Shown here one piece after another: positions 1 through 10,621 of a stretch of 64,000 bases of DNA. Numbering within the stretch: position 1 is the stretch's first letter; every line of letters begins with the position of its first letter. A program made the translations under genes and the position numbers. The stretch is from an uncultured Lachnospiraceae bacterium (lineage in GTDB: Bacteria > Bacillota > Clostridia > Lachnospirales > Lachnospiraceae), in contig CAJURT010000019.1 of assembly GCA_910588875.1 (NCBI GenBank), positions 281-64,280 of the forward strand, read 5' to 3'. The notes beneath the pieces were generated by a model, which saw only the letters and a program-made list of their open reading frames with translations, had not been told where the DNA came from and ran no database searches.

Positions 1-2171
1 ATCTTTTTTGCCCAGCCCAACCGGTCCTCGTAGTCTTTGTAGGCCTGCTCACGCACGCGGGAATAATCCTCATAGTCCAGAAGCGTCATGAACCAGTCCT
101 TATTCATCAGTTCATCGTAAAGCCGCTGCAGGTTTTCCTTCTTGCCGATCTCCATCAGTTCCTCCCCGATGATGAAATCCACAGCTTCCTTGATGTCGTC
201 ATTCTTTTCATAGTAGTCCTTTGAGACATAGTCTGCCTTCTCGTAGTGCCGGATAACGGTCTCGCTGGACTCCCCGAAGATATAGATATTTTCCTTGCCC
301 ACCAGCTGAGCAATCTCCACGTTTGCCCCATCCATGGTTCCTAAGGTTACTGCCCCGTTCAGCATGAACTTCATGTTTCCGGTGCCGCTGGCTTCCTTGG
401 AGGCTAAGGATATCTGCTCGGAAATATCGCAGGCAGGAATCAGTTTCTCTGCCTGTGTAACATTATAATTCTCCACCATCACCACCTTCAGGTACGGGCT
501 CACCTGGGGATCCTGGTTCACCAGCTTCTCCAGGCACAGGATCAGATGGATAATGTCCTTGGCAATCACATAAGCCGGCGCTGCCTTTGCCCCGAAAATC
601 ACCGTGATTGGGGTGGTGGGAACCTTCCCTTTCTTGATCTCCAGGTACTTATGGATCACGTAAAGCACATTCATCTGCTGCCGCTTATACTCGTGGAGCC
701 GTTTTACCTGTATGTCAAAAATGGAGTTCTCATCGATCTCGATCCCCTGGGACTCCCAAAGGTAATGCTTCAGCGCCATTTTGTTTTGATGCTTGATCTC
801 CAGGAGTTCGCGGAGGGATGCCTCATCGTCAAACGCACCGATCTTCTCCAGTTCCTTCACATCCTTTTTATAGCCTGCCCCGATCTTTTTTGTGATATAA
901 TCTGCCAGTGGATGGTTGCAGTGCAAAAGCCAGCGGCGGAAGGTAATGCCATTGGTCTTATTGTTGAATTTTTCCGGATACAATTCATAAAAATCCTTTA
1001 ATTCCGTGTTCTTTAAGATCTCTGTGTGCAGGTATGCCACGCCGTTGGCACTGAAGCCGTAGTGGATATCCATGTTTGCCATATGCACCCGGTCATCCCC
1101 GTCTATGATCGCCACCTGCTCCCCCGCATATTTCCGGCGGATACGGTCATCTAAGATCTCAATAATCGGCACCAGCTGGGGCACAACCTCCTTCAAATAG
1201 GAAATGGGCCATTTCTCCAGCGCCTCTGCCAGGATCGTGTGGTTTGTATAGGCACAGGTCTTTTGCACAATCTCCACTGCCTCGTCAAAATCGATCCCCC
1301 GCTTGGTCAGCAGCCGGATCAGTTCCGGGATCACCATCGACGGATGTGTGTCATTGATCTGGATTACCGCATATTCCGGCAGGTCATGCAGGGTGCAGCC
1401 CCGCTCCACGCATTCATCCAGAATCATCTGCGCACCGTTGCTTACCATAAAATATTGCTGGTAGACCCTCAGCTTCCGCCCCGCCTCGTCGCTGTCATCC
1501 GGGTATAAAAACAGGGTCAGGTTCTTTGCGATGTCTTCCTTGTCAAAGGAAATCCCCTCCCCCACAATCCCCTCATCCACGCTCTCCACATCAAACAGAT
1601 GCAGCCAGTTCGTGCGGTTCCGGTATCCTGTCACAGCGATATCATACAGCCGGGAATGTACGGTCAGGCTGCCAAATTCCACCGGGTAGGAAACATCCCG
1701 CCGGATCAGCCAGCTTTTTTCTTCAATCCACGGATTCGGAGTTTCCTTCTGCAGTTCCTCCTCAAACTCCTGCTTAAACAAACCCAGATGGTAGTTCAAA
1801 CCGATCCCGGCGCCGTTAAGCCCCAGCCCGGCCATGGAGTCCAAAAAGCAGGCAGCCAGCCTTCCCAGGCCGCCATTGCCCAAGGATGGCTCCGGCTCTG
1901 CCTCCTCCACCTCACAGATATCCTTGCCGTTTGCTGCCAAAAGATCCCTCACCTCATCATACCATCCAAGGTTGATCAGGTTATTGCTCAGCAGCTTTCC
2001 AATCAGGAATTCCGCCGATATATAATAAATTTTCTTCTTTCCCTCGCTGCTTTCCCGTCCGGCAGCTTCCTTCTGCACCAGTGCCAGCAGCGCTTCATAC
2101 AGTTCATGGTTATTACACTGGGATATTTCCCTTCCACACTGTTTTCTCAATTCTTCTGCAATTTTTTTCAT
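1..2171 (-). CDS. glgP: alpha-glucan (glycogen/maltodextrin) phosphorylase; 3' end runs off the left edge of the window
   Basis: Absent from the ORF track because there is no in-window stop. My reverse-strand translation from the ATG at 2171 gives [13 protein letters not shown]...[24 protein letters not shown], a GT35 signature. In the same frame I read [13 protein letters not shown] (PLP-lysine motif, ~nt 360-400) and [19 protein letters not shown] at nt 1-59. AGGAGG lies upstream of the start. Confidence 0.9.
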   Translation of the reverse strand, partial: MKKIAEELRKQCGREISQCNNHELYEALLALVQKEAAGRESSEGKKKIYYISAEFLIGKLLSNNLINLGWYDEVRDLLAANGKDICEVEEAEPEPSLGNGGLGRLAACFLDSMAGLGLNGAGIGLNYHLGLFKQEFEEELQKETPNPWIEEKSWLIRRDVSYPVEFGSLTVHSRLYDIAVTGYRNRTNWLHLFDVESVDEGIVGEGISFDKEDIAKNLTLFLYPDDSDEAGRKLRVYQQYFMVSNGAQMILDECVERGCTLHDLPEYAVIQINDTHPSMVIPELIRLLTKRGIDFDEAVEIVQKTCAYTNHTILAEALEKWPISYLKEVVPQLVPIIEILDDRIRRKYAGEQVAIIDGDDRVHMANMDIHYGFSANGVAYLHTEILKNTELKDFYELYPEKFNNKTNGITFRRWLLHCNHPLADYITKKIGAGYKKDVKELEKIGAFDDEASLRELLEIKHQNKMALKHYLWESQGIEIDENSIFDIQVKRLHEYKRQQMNVLYVIHKYLEIKKGKVPTTPITVIFGAKAAPAYVIAKDIIHLILCLEKLVNQDPQVSPYLKVVMVENYNVTQAEKLIPACDISEQISLASKEASGTGNMKFMLNGAVTLGTMDGANVEIAQLVGKENIYIFGESSETVIRHYEKADYVSKDYYEKNDDIKEAVDFIIGEELMEIGKKENLQRLYDELMNKDWFMTLLDYEDYSRVREQAYKDYEDRLGWAKK

Positions 2172-2258
2172 CTTGGATTTTTCCTCCTTGCTATCCGAGA
2201 ATATTTCCATGCACTTTAGGCATCTGGCCTTATTATATGCCCTTCTTTTGTATTTTTC

Positions 2259-2288
2259 TTGCATTATTCCAGGAAAATATGATACAAT
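2259..2288 (+). promoter_or_regulatory. candidate sigma-A promoter for the AraC-family gene
   Basis: TTGCAT (2259-2264), 18-nt spacer, TGaTACAAT (-10 at 2283-2288), about 45 nt upstream of the ATG at 2331. Confidence 0.4.
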
Positions 2289-2330
2289 CCTATCATAACA
2301 ATTACAAATCCCCGGAAAAAAGGAGGATTT

Positions 2331-3251
2331 ATGGACATTATCGAGTACGAAAGCTATCAGGAAAAACCCAACCACAACAACATCCCATTCCCCTACCTGA
2401 CCTATCCCTGCTCCATCCCCCATGATTTCAGCCAGGTTCCGGCCCATTGGCATGACGAGATGGAATTTATCTACATCAAAAAAGGCCGCGGCATCGTATC
2501 CGTGGATTTCCGTTCCCTGGAAGTGGCAGCAGGAGATATCGCATTCATCTGCCCCGGACAGCTCCACTCCATCCACCAGCTGGGACAATACTCCATGGAA
2601 TATGAAAATATTATTTTTCCCCTGTCACTGCTCAATTCCCGCCAGGCGGACCCTGTCTGGGAAACCTACCTTGCCCCCATAGACCTCCGGCGCTTTCGCC
2701 TCCTCCCCTGCCTTCACCCGGATATGCCCTCCTATCCTTTTGTTGCAGCATGCATCGACCAGATTGACGATATACGCCGTACTTTCCCTGGCGCCTACGA
2801 ACTCCTCATCAAGGGAAAGCTGTTTGAATTGTTTTTTCAGCTATACCGCCACGGGCTTGTGGCTGCCCCGGACGCGGAAGATCCCGGCCGCCGTTCCAAA
2901 GAAAAAGCACTGGAGAAATCCCGCCAGATCTTAAAATATATCGAGCAGCACTACCAGGAGCCCCTTTCCATAAAAAAACTGGCCGAAGCCGTCGGCTTCA
3001 GCCAGTCCCATTTCATGAAATTCTTTAAAAATACCTTCGGGACATCCTTTACTGCCTACCTGAATGATTACCGCCTGACCATGGCCTCCCGCCTGCTGCC
3101 GGCCTCCGAGGACTCCATCCTCACCGTAGCGGCGGAATCCGGCTTTGAAAACCTTTCCTATTTCAACCGGAGGTTTAAGGAACGGTTTGGCGTAACCCCC
3201 CGTGAATTCCGCCGCCAGGCCTCCTCCCTCCCGGGCAGTCATCCCCGGTAA
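2331..3251 (+). CDS. AraC-family transcriptional regulator (cupin sensor half plus HTH)
   Basis: 306-aa ORF. The N-terminal half is cupin-like ([11 protein letters not shown]). The C-terminal half is an AraC HTH ([22 protein letters not shown] ... [24 protein letters not shown]). GGAGG lies just upstream. Confidence 0.85.
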   Translation: MDIIEYESYQEKPNHNNIPFPYLTYPCSIPHDFSQVPAHWHDEMEFIYIKKGRGIVSVDFRSLEVAAGDIAFICPGQLHSIHQLGQYSMEYENIIFPLSLLNSRQADPVWETYLAPIDLRRFRLLPCLHPDMPSYPFVAACIDQIDDIRRTFPGAYELLIKGKLFELFFQLYRHGLVAAPDAEDPGRRSKEKALEKSRQILKYIEQHYQEPLSIKKLAEAVGFSQSHFMKFFKNTFGTSFTAYLNDYRLTMASRLLPASEDSILTVAAESGFENLSYFNRRFKERFGVTPREFRRQASSLPGSHPR

Positions 3252-4600
3252 AAATCGCATCCGCAGCGCCCATGCTCCTTGACCTGGTAGAGGGCGCTGT
3301 CCGTATTCCGGTATAAATCCTCGGTAAACCCTTTTGCCGAAAATGCAACGCCGACGCTTAAGGAAACCTCTGGCAGGCCGTCCTCAGGGTTTTTCAGGAC
3401 ACGGTTGATATAATTCACCTTATTCCGGATCCGCGTCTCCTGCTGCGGTGTCGCCTCTACCATCAGCACCGCAAACTCATCCCCTCCCAGGCGGGCCACA
3501 TAGTCATTGGAACGGAAGCTGTCCCGCAAAATCCCGGCAACCTTTTTCAGCACCAGATCTCCTGTCTCATGGCCATAGCCGTCATTGACCTGCTTAAATT
3601 TATCTACATCAATCAGCAGCAGCGCCAGGGGGATATCCTGTTCCTTTAAGATCTGGCACAGCTGGTCAAACCCTCCCCGGTTGATTACTCCGGTAAGGGG
3701 ATCGTGCTCCGCCTTATGCCGCAGCATCGCTTCATTGGCCGCATTAATCTCATAGATATCGTTATAGGTCAGCGCCAGATATTTAAATTCATATGCACCC
3801 GCAATCTCCAGCATCTTATCCTCCTTGATGCAGCGGATATAGATCTGCAGGGGCTTCACAATCAGCATAATCACCATCACAAAAGTAACGATGTTCAGGA
3901 TAAAGAGGACACTGATATAGATCCTTTGCCTTGTCATGCTTTTCTCCAGTATATGGGCGCTCTGAATCTGGTTCTGGCGTGTCGTCTCCACTGCACTGGT
4001 AAAGAAATAAGCAATATTGCTTCCAATCAATGCCTTGGCATCCTGGTAGGCAGTGCCAAATACCATCTCCCGGGCTTTTTCCCGCATTCCTTCCGGACTA
4101 AGCTGCTGGTCTTTGGCGCTCAGCACCACATCCCTTACCTCCTGGGGCAAGGCTTCTTCACTCTGCCCGGCAGCCTCTGCCACCAGCCTCATGGCATAGA
4201 ATTCCCGCTGCATCAGTTCGTTGGACTTTTCCAATGCCAGTTCCAAATAGCGGTGGGCTTCCGGATTATCCTGATGATGCCCCAGTTCCTCCACCGCCCT
4301 GTCCCGGCGCCTGGTCACATGCAATTCCTCAAAAAAGTCCTTCACCTGCTGCAGATCCTCTGTCTCCACATACAGGCGCACCTTCATCGTCAGGTAATCC
4401 GATCCCTCTGTTACCTGGTCAGCCGCTTTCATGCACTCAATATAATGATCCACAGCAGCGCTCAGGTCGTGATATCCCACCGATATATGGATGGTCACAA
4501 AAATAACCAGCACATACAGAATACAGGCCGCCAGGATCATCCCGTAATTCATGGTGCGGATGTGTATTCCCTTTATGTTTTTCTTTTCCTTGTTGTCCAT
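3239..4600 (-). CDS. membrane-anchored diguanylate cyclase (GGDEF domain)
   Basis: C-terminal GGDEF domain (DKFKQVNDGYGHETGD, RLGGDEFAVLM). Two hydrophobic segments flank a ~200-aa region that is probably extracytoplasmic. I set the start to the second ATG (MDNKEKK, GGAGG upstream); the ATG at 4627 is also possible. Confidence 0.85.
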   Translation of the reverse strand: MDNKEKKNIKGIHIRTMNYGMILAACILYVLVIFVTIHISVGYHDLSAAVDHYIECMKAADQVTEGSDYLTMKVRLYVETEDLQQVKDFFEELHVTRRRDRAVEELGHHQDNPEAHRYLELALEKSNELMQREFYAMRLVAEAAGQSEEALPQEVRDVVLSAKDQQLSPEGMREKAREMVFGTAYQDAKALIGSNIAYFFTSAVETTRQNQIQSAHILEKSMTRQRIYISVLFILNIVTFVMVIMLIVKPLQIYIRCIKEDKMLEIAGAYEFKYLALTYNDIYEINAANEAMLRHKAEHDPLTGVINRGGFDQLCQILKEQDIPLALLLIDVDKFKQVNDGYGHETGDLVLKKVAGILRDSFRSNDYVARLGGDEFAVLMVEATPQQETRIRNKVNYINRVLKNPEDGLPEVSLSVGVAFSAKGFTEDLYRNTDSALYQVKEHGRCGCDFYRG

Positions 4601-4610
4601 CTTGTTTCCC

Positions 4611-6152
4611 CTACTTCCTCCAGTCATGTAAGTCCTGCCTCACGTCCTCAATCATCTGCCCCATATCCTTTACATACCGGCTGTCCGGAGCGATCCGTTC
4701 CCACAATCGGTAAGCCCTGGTAGCCTGTATCCTGTCCTGGCTCATCCCATTGCCGGCACAATAGGCATAATATAGTTCTCCGTACAGGCCGGCCATCTCC
4801 TCCTTCAAGTCCTCAGGGATAGCCTTTAGCGTTTTTCGTGCCTGGTTTCCCACAATGCCCTTCATGTATTCTGCCCCGTACTCTTTAAACCTCAGAAGGC
4901 GCCCATCCCCGCTTCCCATCCTGCGGGCATGGCCTTCCACATCCGCCTGCCTCGTCCTGAACTGCATACCGCCATCCGCCTGCCATTCCAGCCATCCGTA
5001 CTGGCAGGGCGGAATACTGTATGGAGGCAGCACAATCTCCTGGATCCCATAGGCATCCTCCGCCGTTCCCGGCTCCGGCTTATGCTTTTTAATCCGTTGG
5101 GCATGCAGATGGCCGCTGACATACAAGGGAAGCCCATAGGTTTCAAACAAACCAATCACATCCCTATGGTTCTCCATCGTGCATTCTGTGGTATAAAGGC
5201 GGCTTTCCGAGAGCAGGTTATGGTGTCCTGCCGGCAATACCGTAATCCCCTCCTCCCGGGCCTGTATCAGCCAGCCTTCCAGCCACTCCATCGTCTCTGG
5301 CTTCACTCTCCCGCTGACATGGTTATAGTCCTCATACCGGCAGGTGTCTAACATCAGAATCCAATGGGTTTTGTCCAGGGCATACAAATAACTAAGGGAG
5401 GATTCATCCCGGCTGATAGCCTGGTCATAGCCAAATTCATGATATATATCATAAAAGTCCTGTGCCGACTCCAAATACTGTGCTTCTTCCCTCTCCTCCC
5501 CAAAATAGGAGGCGGCATTCCGGTTCTTAATGTCATGGTTGCCGGGGACCACCAATACCGGAACCCCCTCCCTGAATGCCCTGCGCAGCTTTTCTGCCAG
5601 TCTCTGGTGGTTTTCCCTCTCCCCGTTCAAGGTAATATCCCCGGTCAGCACCAGGGCAGAAGGCTTGCTGATAACCGCTTCCTCCACCAAAGTGTCGATC
5701 AGTTCGTCACTGAATTCGCTGATTTTCCCGTCATCCTGCGCCACCATTTCCTGAAATGCCGTCCCGCCGTCATGGGTAGCCCTGCTGATATAGTGAAGAT
5801 CCGATGCCAGCATTACAGCAGGCGGGCGGTAAGGCTCCTGATCAGGAACCGTTTCTGTCTCATCCGGCCATTCATCCAAATGCCAGGAATCTCTGTCCGG
5901 CTGCCTCGGCCGGCCGGGTGTCTCTGTGCCCTCCCCCTCCGGCAAAGGGGCCTCCGGTTCTGGTTGCCTCTCTGGTTCCGGCTGTCCTCCCGGCTCCGGG
6001 AAGCCATCCTCCCCGGATAAAGAAGAATCCGAGGAAGCCTCTGGATCCCCTTCCTGCGTCCCGGCCAGCCTCCCCACCGTCATCACAATTGCAAGGCAGC
6101 CCAAGAGCAGGAGCAGATAAAACAAAAACGGTATGTATTTTTTGAATCTCAT
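4611..6152 (-). CDS. membrane-anchored calcineurin-like metallophosphoesterase
   Basis: 513 aa. N-terminal hydrophobic anchor, then a Pro/Glu-rich linker, then metallophosphoesterase motifs (ASDLHY, VLTGDITLNG, VVPGNHD, SGHLHAQ). Confidence 0.8.
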   Translation of the reverse strand: MRFKKYIPFLFYLLLLLGCLAIVMTVGRLAGTQEGDPEASSDSSLSGEDGFPEPGGQPEPERQPEPEAPLPEGEGTETPGRPRQPDRDSWHLDEWPDETETVPDQEPYRPPAVMLASDLHYISRATHDGGTAFQEMVAQDDGKISEFSDELIDTLVEEAVISKPSALVLTGDITLNGERENHQRLAEKLRRAFREGVPVLVVPGNHDIKNRNAASYFGEEREEAQYLESAQDFYDIYHEFGYDQAISRDESSLSYLYALDKTHWILMLDTCRYEDYNHVSGRVKPETMEWLEGWLIQAREEGITVLPAGHHNLLSESRLYTTECTMENHRDVIGLFETYGLPLYVSGHLHAQRIKKHKPEPGTAEDAYGIQEIVLPPYSIPPCQYGWLEWQADGGMQFRTRQADVEGHARRMGSGDGRLLRFKEYGAEYMKGIVGNQARKTLKAIPEDLKEEMAGLYGELYYAYCAGNGMSQDRIQATRAYRLWERIAPDSRYVKDMGQMIEDVRQDLHDWRK

Positions 6153-6297
6153 AATCTAGCCCTTCTTTTCTGTATGGGTGAAATCATATCATATTTTCAC
6201 TCAAAAAGAAAGACAAAAAAACGGAAGGACAAAGGACATACCGCCAGGCCTCCCCCATCCCTCCGCTGCCCCCACATCCTGGGGGCACAGCCCTTAT

Positions 6298-7587
6298 TTA
6301 TAGGATTTCATTCACACAGACTGCTCCGTATGGGCGGATGCTCATCCGGTAAGCGCTCCCCTCCCCCAGGGCAGCCTCAATATAGGCTATGTACTCCTCT
6401 GTCAGGTCATTGGGCAGCATAGCCATGATAACCCCTGCAAAACCGCCGCCGTGAACCCGGCAGGCTCCCCGTTTCTTCTCTGCAATGAACAATTCCGTCA
6501 ATGCCAAAGCCACGGTAATCCCCTGCTCCTGATAGTTGGAATTTGTATAGCAGTTCTGCAGCCATTTCCATGAAGAGTTGCCGGATGCCGTAATGCCGGA
6601 CAAAAAGTCCTCAAACCGCCCTTCCTTTAGGGCAGCCACCTCAGCCTCAACCCGCTTATTCTCCTCAAAGAAATGGAGCGCACGCATCACGGAACGGTCA
6701 CCGGCAAACTCCCGCACCCCCTTCAGCTGCCGGATCACCTGCTCTTTTGTGATCTCCGCACACACTTCCTTGCCAAAATACTCTGCCACCTTCTTCATCT
6801 CATTCGGCACAGAAGAATAATCGGCGCTTAAGTCCGCATGCCCTTTCCCGGTCTGGACAATAATCAGGCTGTGGTTCTTGGAAGCAAAATCAAAATCCAC
6901 CTTTTCCACCACCGGAGAAGCCGGATCCAAAAAGTCTATGGTAATCAGCCCGCCCACGGCACAGGCCATCTGGTCTAAAAGGCCGGAAGCCTTGTCCCAA
7001 TACACATTCTCCGCATATTTTCCCACATGGGCATAAGCCACGGTATCCATCCGCCCGTCATTAAAGAAGGTATTGATCATCGAGCAGAGCAGCATCTCAA
7101 AGGCAGCAGAGGAACTCACCCCGGCAGAACTGATCACATTGCTTGTGATATAGGCATCAAAACCGCCAATCTCGTAGCCAAACTCTTTAAAGCCCTGCAA
7201 AAGCCCCCTCACCAGGTCTTCTGTCCCTGCCTTCCTCTCGCTGGGAGCCAGATCCTCTAAGTCAACCGTAAATTCCTGATTAAAGGTCTCACTGACTAAA
7301 TTCACCTGGGAAGTGCCGTTCTTCGCCGCAATCCCCACGCAGTCCAGGTTAATGCTGCCTGCCAGTACCTTGCCATGGTTATGGTCTGTATGGTTGCCGC
7401 TGATCTCTGTCCTGCCAGGGGACGTAAACATCAGGATATCCCGGTCCCCGTATTTCTTTTTGAATTTTTCCACCATATCCCGGTAACGGCCGGCATTCTC
7501 TTCTGCCTGGTCCGCACCATAAAGCTTAACCATCAGTTCCTTGGCCGGTTCACTCTCCAATAACCGCAATGTCTCTTCTGCTTTCAT
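6298..7587 (-). CDS. galK: galactokinase (GHMP kinase family)
   Basis: GRTEISGNHTDHNHG galactokinase signature, ISSAGVSSSAAFE GHMP motif, GGGFAG near the C-terminus. Start set to the ATG at 7587, preceded by AAAGGAGAGAA. The ORF-track start at 7716 would add 43 non-conserved-looking residues. Confidence 0.85.
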   Translation of the reverse strand: MKAEETLRLLESEPAKELMVKLYGADQAEENAGRYRDMVEKFKKKYGDRDILMFTSPGRTEISGNHTDHNHGKVLAGSINLDCVGIAAKNGTSQVNLVSETFNQEFTVDLEDLAPSERKAGTEDLVRGLLQGFKEFGYEIGGFDAYITSNVISSAGVSSSAAFEMLLCSMINTFFNDGRMDTVAYAHVGKYAENVYWDKASGLLDQMACAVGGLITIDFLDPASPVVEKVDFDFASKNHSLIIVQTGKGHADLSADYSSVPNEMKKVAEYFGKEVCAEITKEQVIRQLKGVREFAGDRSVMRALHFFEENKRVEAEVAALKEGRFEDFLSGITASGNSSWKWLQNCYTNSNYQEQGITVALALTELFIAEKKRGACRVHGGGFAGVIMAMLPNDLTEEYIAYIEAALGEGSAYRMSIRPYGAVCVNEIL

Positions 7588-7726
7588 TTCTCTCCTTTCT
7601 GCGTCCCCGCACGCCCCGGCGGCGCCCGGAAACTGCCGCAGCATACCTGCTACACCTGTGAAAATTATATCACAGCCCAAGGGGATTAGACAATAGGAAT
7701 AGGCAACACAAAACATGAAAAGTCAC

Positions 7727-8560
7727 TCACCAGGAAACCTTCACAAAAAGTTCCCGGATCCCCTCATAATACCCTACTGTCATGACCGTCCGCTCCTCCG
7801 ATGCCCCTGACACCACATATTTTTTGAAATACGGCGTTGCCTCCCCCAGGGGATTTACCTCACTGCAGGCTGAGGGCTCCGGGAGCCCTAAATAATTACA
7901 CCATGCACGGGCGATAGCATCCGGGTCAATCTCCTCCCATCCCCATTCTGTCCGGGCATAAAATTCATAGATTTTCCCGTCATCCGCATCCATATAGATA
8001 TCCATCAGCCGGTTTTCCTTGCGCACTCCCCGGATACGGTCTGAAAGACTCAGTTTCCAAACCTCCACATAGCTGCGGGGATCCCTTACGTCAATGGCTG
8101 AATACAACACCGCCTCATAGAATTCCGGCACCGCCTCCTCCACGGATTCCGGCAGGATACCGGCCTCTTTCAGTTCCCTAAGGCCGCGGCTGCACATCCC
8201 ATATGCCGCCTCGCCGGAAATGTCTTCCCCGGAAGGGCTCCTTTGGCTGGTGACAAACGCATAGTTTCCTCCGTTTTCCCGGTAAACTCCACCGGCAAAC
8301 GGGAGGTTTCCCTGCCCCCCGTCCTCTGCAGGCGACACACTCCCCAGTGCCTGGGACAGCACATATACCTTTTCCACCGCGCTCAGTTCATAACGGTAGC
8401 CCTCCCCGGATGCTTCCGTCTCCTGCCGGTGGATCTTGCCTAACAGGGAACGGTCCTGGTATCCGGACAAGGCCTCGGGCCCCCAGACCGAAAGGGCCAC
8501 TGCCAGCCCTACCAGCACAACAAAGAAAATATGGATGCCCCTCTTACCCACGCCTGCCAC
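7727..8560 (-). CDS. hypothetical membrane-anchored protein, last gene of the two-component operon
   Basis: 277-aa ORF with one N-terminal TM segment (IHIFFVVLVGLAVALSVWG). It overlaps the kinase gene by 17 nt. I recognise no motif. Confidence 0.6.
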   Translation of the reverse strand: MAGVGKRGIHIFFVVLVGLAVALSVWGPEALSGYQDRSLLGKIHRQETEASGEGYRYELSAVEKVYVLSQALGSVSPAEDGGQGNLPFAGGVYRENGGNYAFVTSQRSPSGEDISGEAAYGMCSRGLRELKEAGILPESVEEAVPEFYEAVLYSAIDVRDPRSYVEVWKLSLSDRIRGVRKENRLMDIYMDADDGKIYEFYARTEWGWEEIDPDAIARAWCNYLGLPEPSACSEVNPLGEATPYFKKYVVSGASEERTVMTVGYYEGIRELFVKVSW

Positions 8561-9965
8561 CCTCCCCTTCCGGGCCGCTTCCCCGCAGGATGAAACTCAT
8601 GCAGGTCCCTTTGCCCTTCTCACTGTCTATCTTCAGCCTGCTGCCGTGCAGAGCCAGGATCTCCGCACATAAAGCCAGGCCCAGTCCGGCGCCGTTTCTG
8701 CTTCGCGAGCGGGATTTGTCCACCATGTAAAATGCCTGTGTGACCTTCTCCTGCTCCTCCCTGGGGATGCCCTCGCCGTAATCCCGTACCGAGAAACGGT
8801 ATTTATTTTTCCTCAGGCAGCCGCGGATCTCAATCACGCCTCCGGGCTCCGATGCCTTGCAGGCATTGTCAATCAGGTTAATCAGCACGGATTTGATCAG
8901 GTTCGGCTCTGCCAGCAGCATGGCGCCCTCATATTGGAACCGGAACCTCATGGTCCTGTTGTTCACATACATATCGTGGAGATATTGGAACAGAGGCTCT
9001 GCCGGGACTTCCTGCAGCTTAATGTCCCCATGCCGGGTAACCATGATCTCAAGGAGCCGGAAGGACATGGCCTCCAGCCGTTTCCCCTCCGTGTAGATAT
9101 AATTGGCGGACAGGAAACGCTTCTCCTCATCCAGACGGTGGGAACGAAGCATATCCGCATAGCCAATGATCGCAGTCAGCGGCGTTTTCAGTTCATGGGC
9201 AAAGGCAGCCACAAAATCCTCCCTTGCCTGGATCTCCTTCTGCAGCATCCCAATGTTGTCCTCCAGGGCATTGGCCATCCGGTTAAAATCCAGTGTCAGC
9301 TGCCCCAATTCGTCGTCGCTGACCTTTTTTGCCCGGTAGGCATATTCCCCCTCTGCCATCCTCCTGGTGGCCCGGGTTAAAAGCCGGATGGGCCGGGTCA
9401 GCCAGGAGGAAATGCCATGCATGATAACGGTGCCGAGAACCAACATAAGCACCGTCACCCGCCGGTATACCAGAAAACCCAGTGCACGTTCCCGGAACAC
9501 CTCCGTCACATCCCGCATGGTCTCCAGGTACAAGATCCGGTCCAAAGCCCTGGCAGCCATGCAGGTCTGCACAAAATACTGCCCTTCCAGGCAGATGACC
9601 TGCCAGGTGTTTTCCTCCTGGCCTGTCTCTGCCAGCAGCGCGCCGTCCCCTCCGAAATCACTGCTTTCATAGATCATCTGCCGGTTCTCATCCGAGATCC
9701 GCAGCCTCCGGCTGCTGCCTCCGTTTTCCAGGTTACGGGCAATCTCCTCAATGGTCCGGTCTGCCAGTACATGATATTTCGCCGGGGCATTCAGGGCCGC
9801 CGTCTCAAAGGCAAAGCGGAGGATCCTGCTTTCCTCCATCGCCTGCCCTGTCTCCCGCTCCATGGAGGTCTGAAACACGGAATTGACAAAATAGAACCCG
9901 CTGAACCCCAGGGCCAGGGCCAGTATGATAACCGTGCACAACAGCAGCTTCCGCGAGAATTTCAT
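8544..9965 (-). CDS. sensor histidine kinase (TM-HAMP-HisKA-HATPase)
   Basis: HisKA H-box FAHELKTPLTAIIGYADML. HATPase motifs NLIDNACKA, DYGEGIP and GAGLGLALC. Two TM segments flank a ~140-aa periplasmic-type domain. Confidence 0.9.
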   Translation of the reverse strand: MKFSRKLLLCTVIILALALGFSGFYFVNSVFQTSMERETGQAMEESRILRFAFETAALNAPAKYHVLADRTIEEIARNLENGGSSRRLRISDENRQMIYESSDFGGDGALLAETGQEENTWQVICLEGQYFVQTCMAARALDRILYLETMRDVTEVFRERALGFLVYRRVTVLMLVLGTVIMHGISSWLTRPIRLLTRATRRMAEGEYAYRAKKVSDDELGQLTLDFNRMANALEDNIGMLQKEIQAREDFVAAFAHELKTPLTAIIGYADMLRSHRLDEEKRFLSANYIYTEGKRLEAMSFRLLEIMVTRHGDIKLQEVPAEPLFQYLHDMYVNNRTMRFRFQYEGAMLLAEPNLIKSVLINLIDNACKASEPGGVIEIRGCLRKNKYRFSVRDYGEGIPREEQEKVTQAFYMVDKSRSRSRNGAGLGLALCAEILALHGSRLKIDSEKGKGTCMSFILRGSGPEGEGGRRG

Positions 9966-10621
9966 TGTGGCACCTCTAACCGGTAGCCCACCTTATACAC
10001 CGTCACCAGGCAATTTTCCCATCCCAGCTTTTTGCGCAGCCTCTGCACATGCAGGTCCACCGTGCGGCTGTCGCCGGAATATTCCCCGTCCCACACCTTT
10101 TCATACAGGGTCTCCCGGAACAATGCCACATTTTTATTGCGGATGAACAGAACCAGCAGGCCGAATTCCTTGTTCGTCAGTTCCACCATCCTGCCGCCCT
10201 GCAGCACCTGGTGCGCCTCCACATCCACCACCACATCCCCGGCCGACAAAATATGGCCTGCTTTATGGTAACGGCGAAGCACTGCCTCCACCCGGGCCAC
10301 CAGTTCCACCATGTCAAAGGGCTTCACCAGATAATCATCTGCCCCCAGCTTCAGCCCCTTCACCCGGTCCTTCACCTCATAGCGCGCAGTGATAAAAATC
10401 ACCGGGATCTGCAAAGGGCGGATATATTCCATGATATCATACCCGTCCACGCCCGGCAGCATCACATCCAGCAGGATCAGGTCATATTTGCCTTCCTCAA
10501 TCATGCGGATCCCCTCCACCCCGTCCTGGACGGATGTGCAGTGGTATCCTGCTGCCGAAAGGTTCAAATCAATCAGGTCGCAAATCGGTTTCTCATCATC
10601 TACAATCAGGATTTTAATCAT
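9962..10621 (-). CDS. OmpR/PhoB-family response regulator
   Basis: Receiver domain (MIKILIVDDE, LILLDVMLPGVDG, KLGADDYLVKPF) plus winged helix (LTNKEFGLLVLF, VYKVGYRL). Start set to the ATG at 10621, preceded by GGGGAGGAAAA. Confidence 0.9.
   Translation of the reverse strand: MIKILIVDDEKPICDLIDLNLSAAGYHCTSVQDGVEGIRMIEEGKYDLILLDVMLPGVDGYDIMEYIRPLQIPVIFITARYEVKDRVKGLKLGADDYLVKPFDMVELVARVEAVLRRYHKAGHILSAGDVVVDVEAHQVLQGGRMVELTNKEFGLLVLFIRNKNVALFRETLYEKVWDGEYSGDSRTVDLHVQRLRKKLGWENCLVTVYKVGYRLEVPQ

Noticed and set aside
546-2219. Plus-strand ORFs (546-1001, 1239-1508, 1599-2219) in the first 2.2 kb
   Set aside because: The whole interval is one minus-strand reading frame with unmistakable glycogen phosphorylase motifs. 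The plus-strand ORFs are antisense artefacts.
6153-6297. Intrinsic terminator after galK (TGCCCCCA...TGGGGGCA hairpin at ~6266-6290)
   Set aside because: The hairpin exists, but no U-run follows it on the transcribed (minus) strand. I did not list it as a feature.
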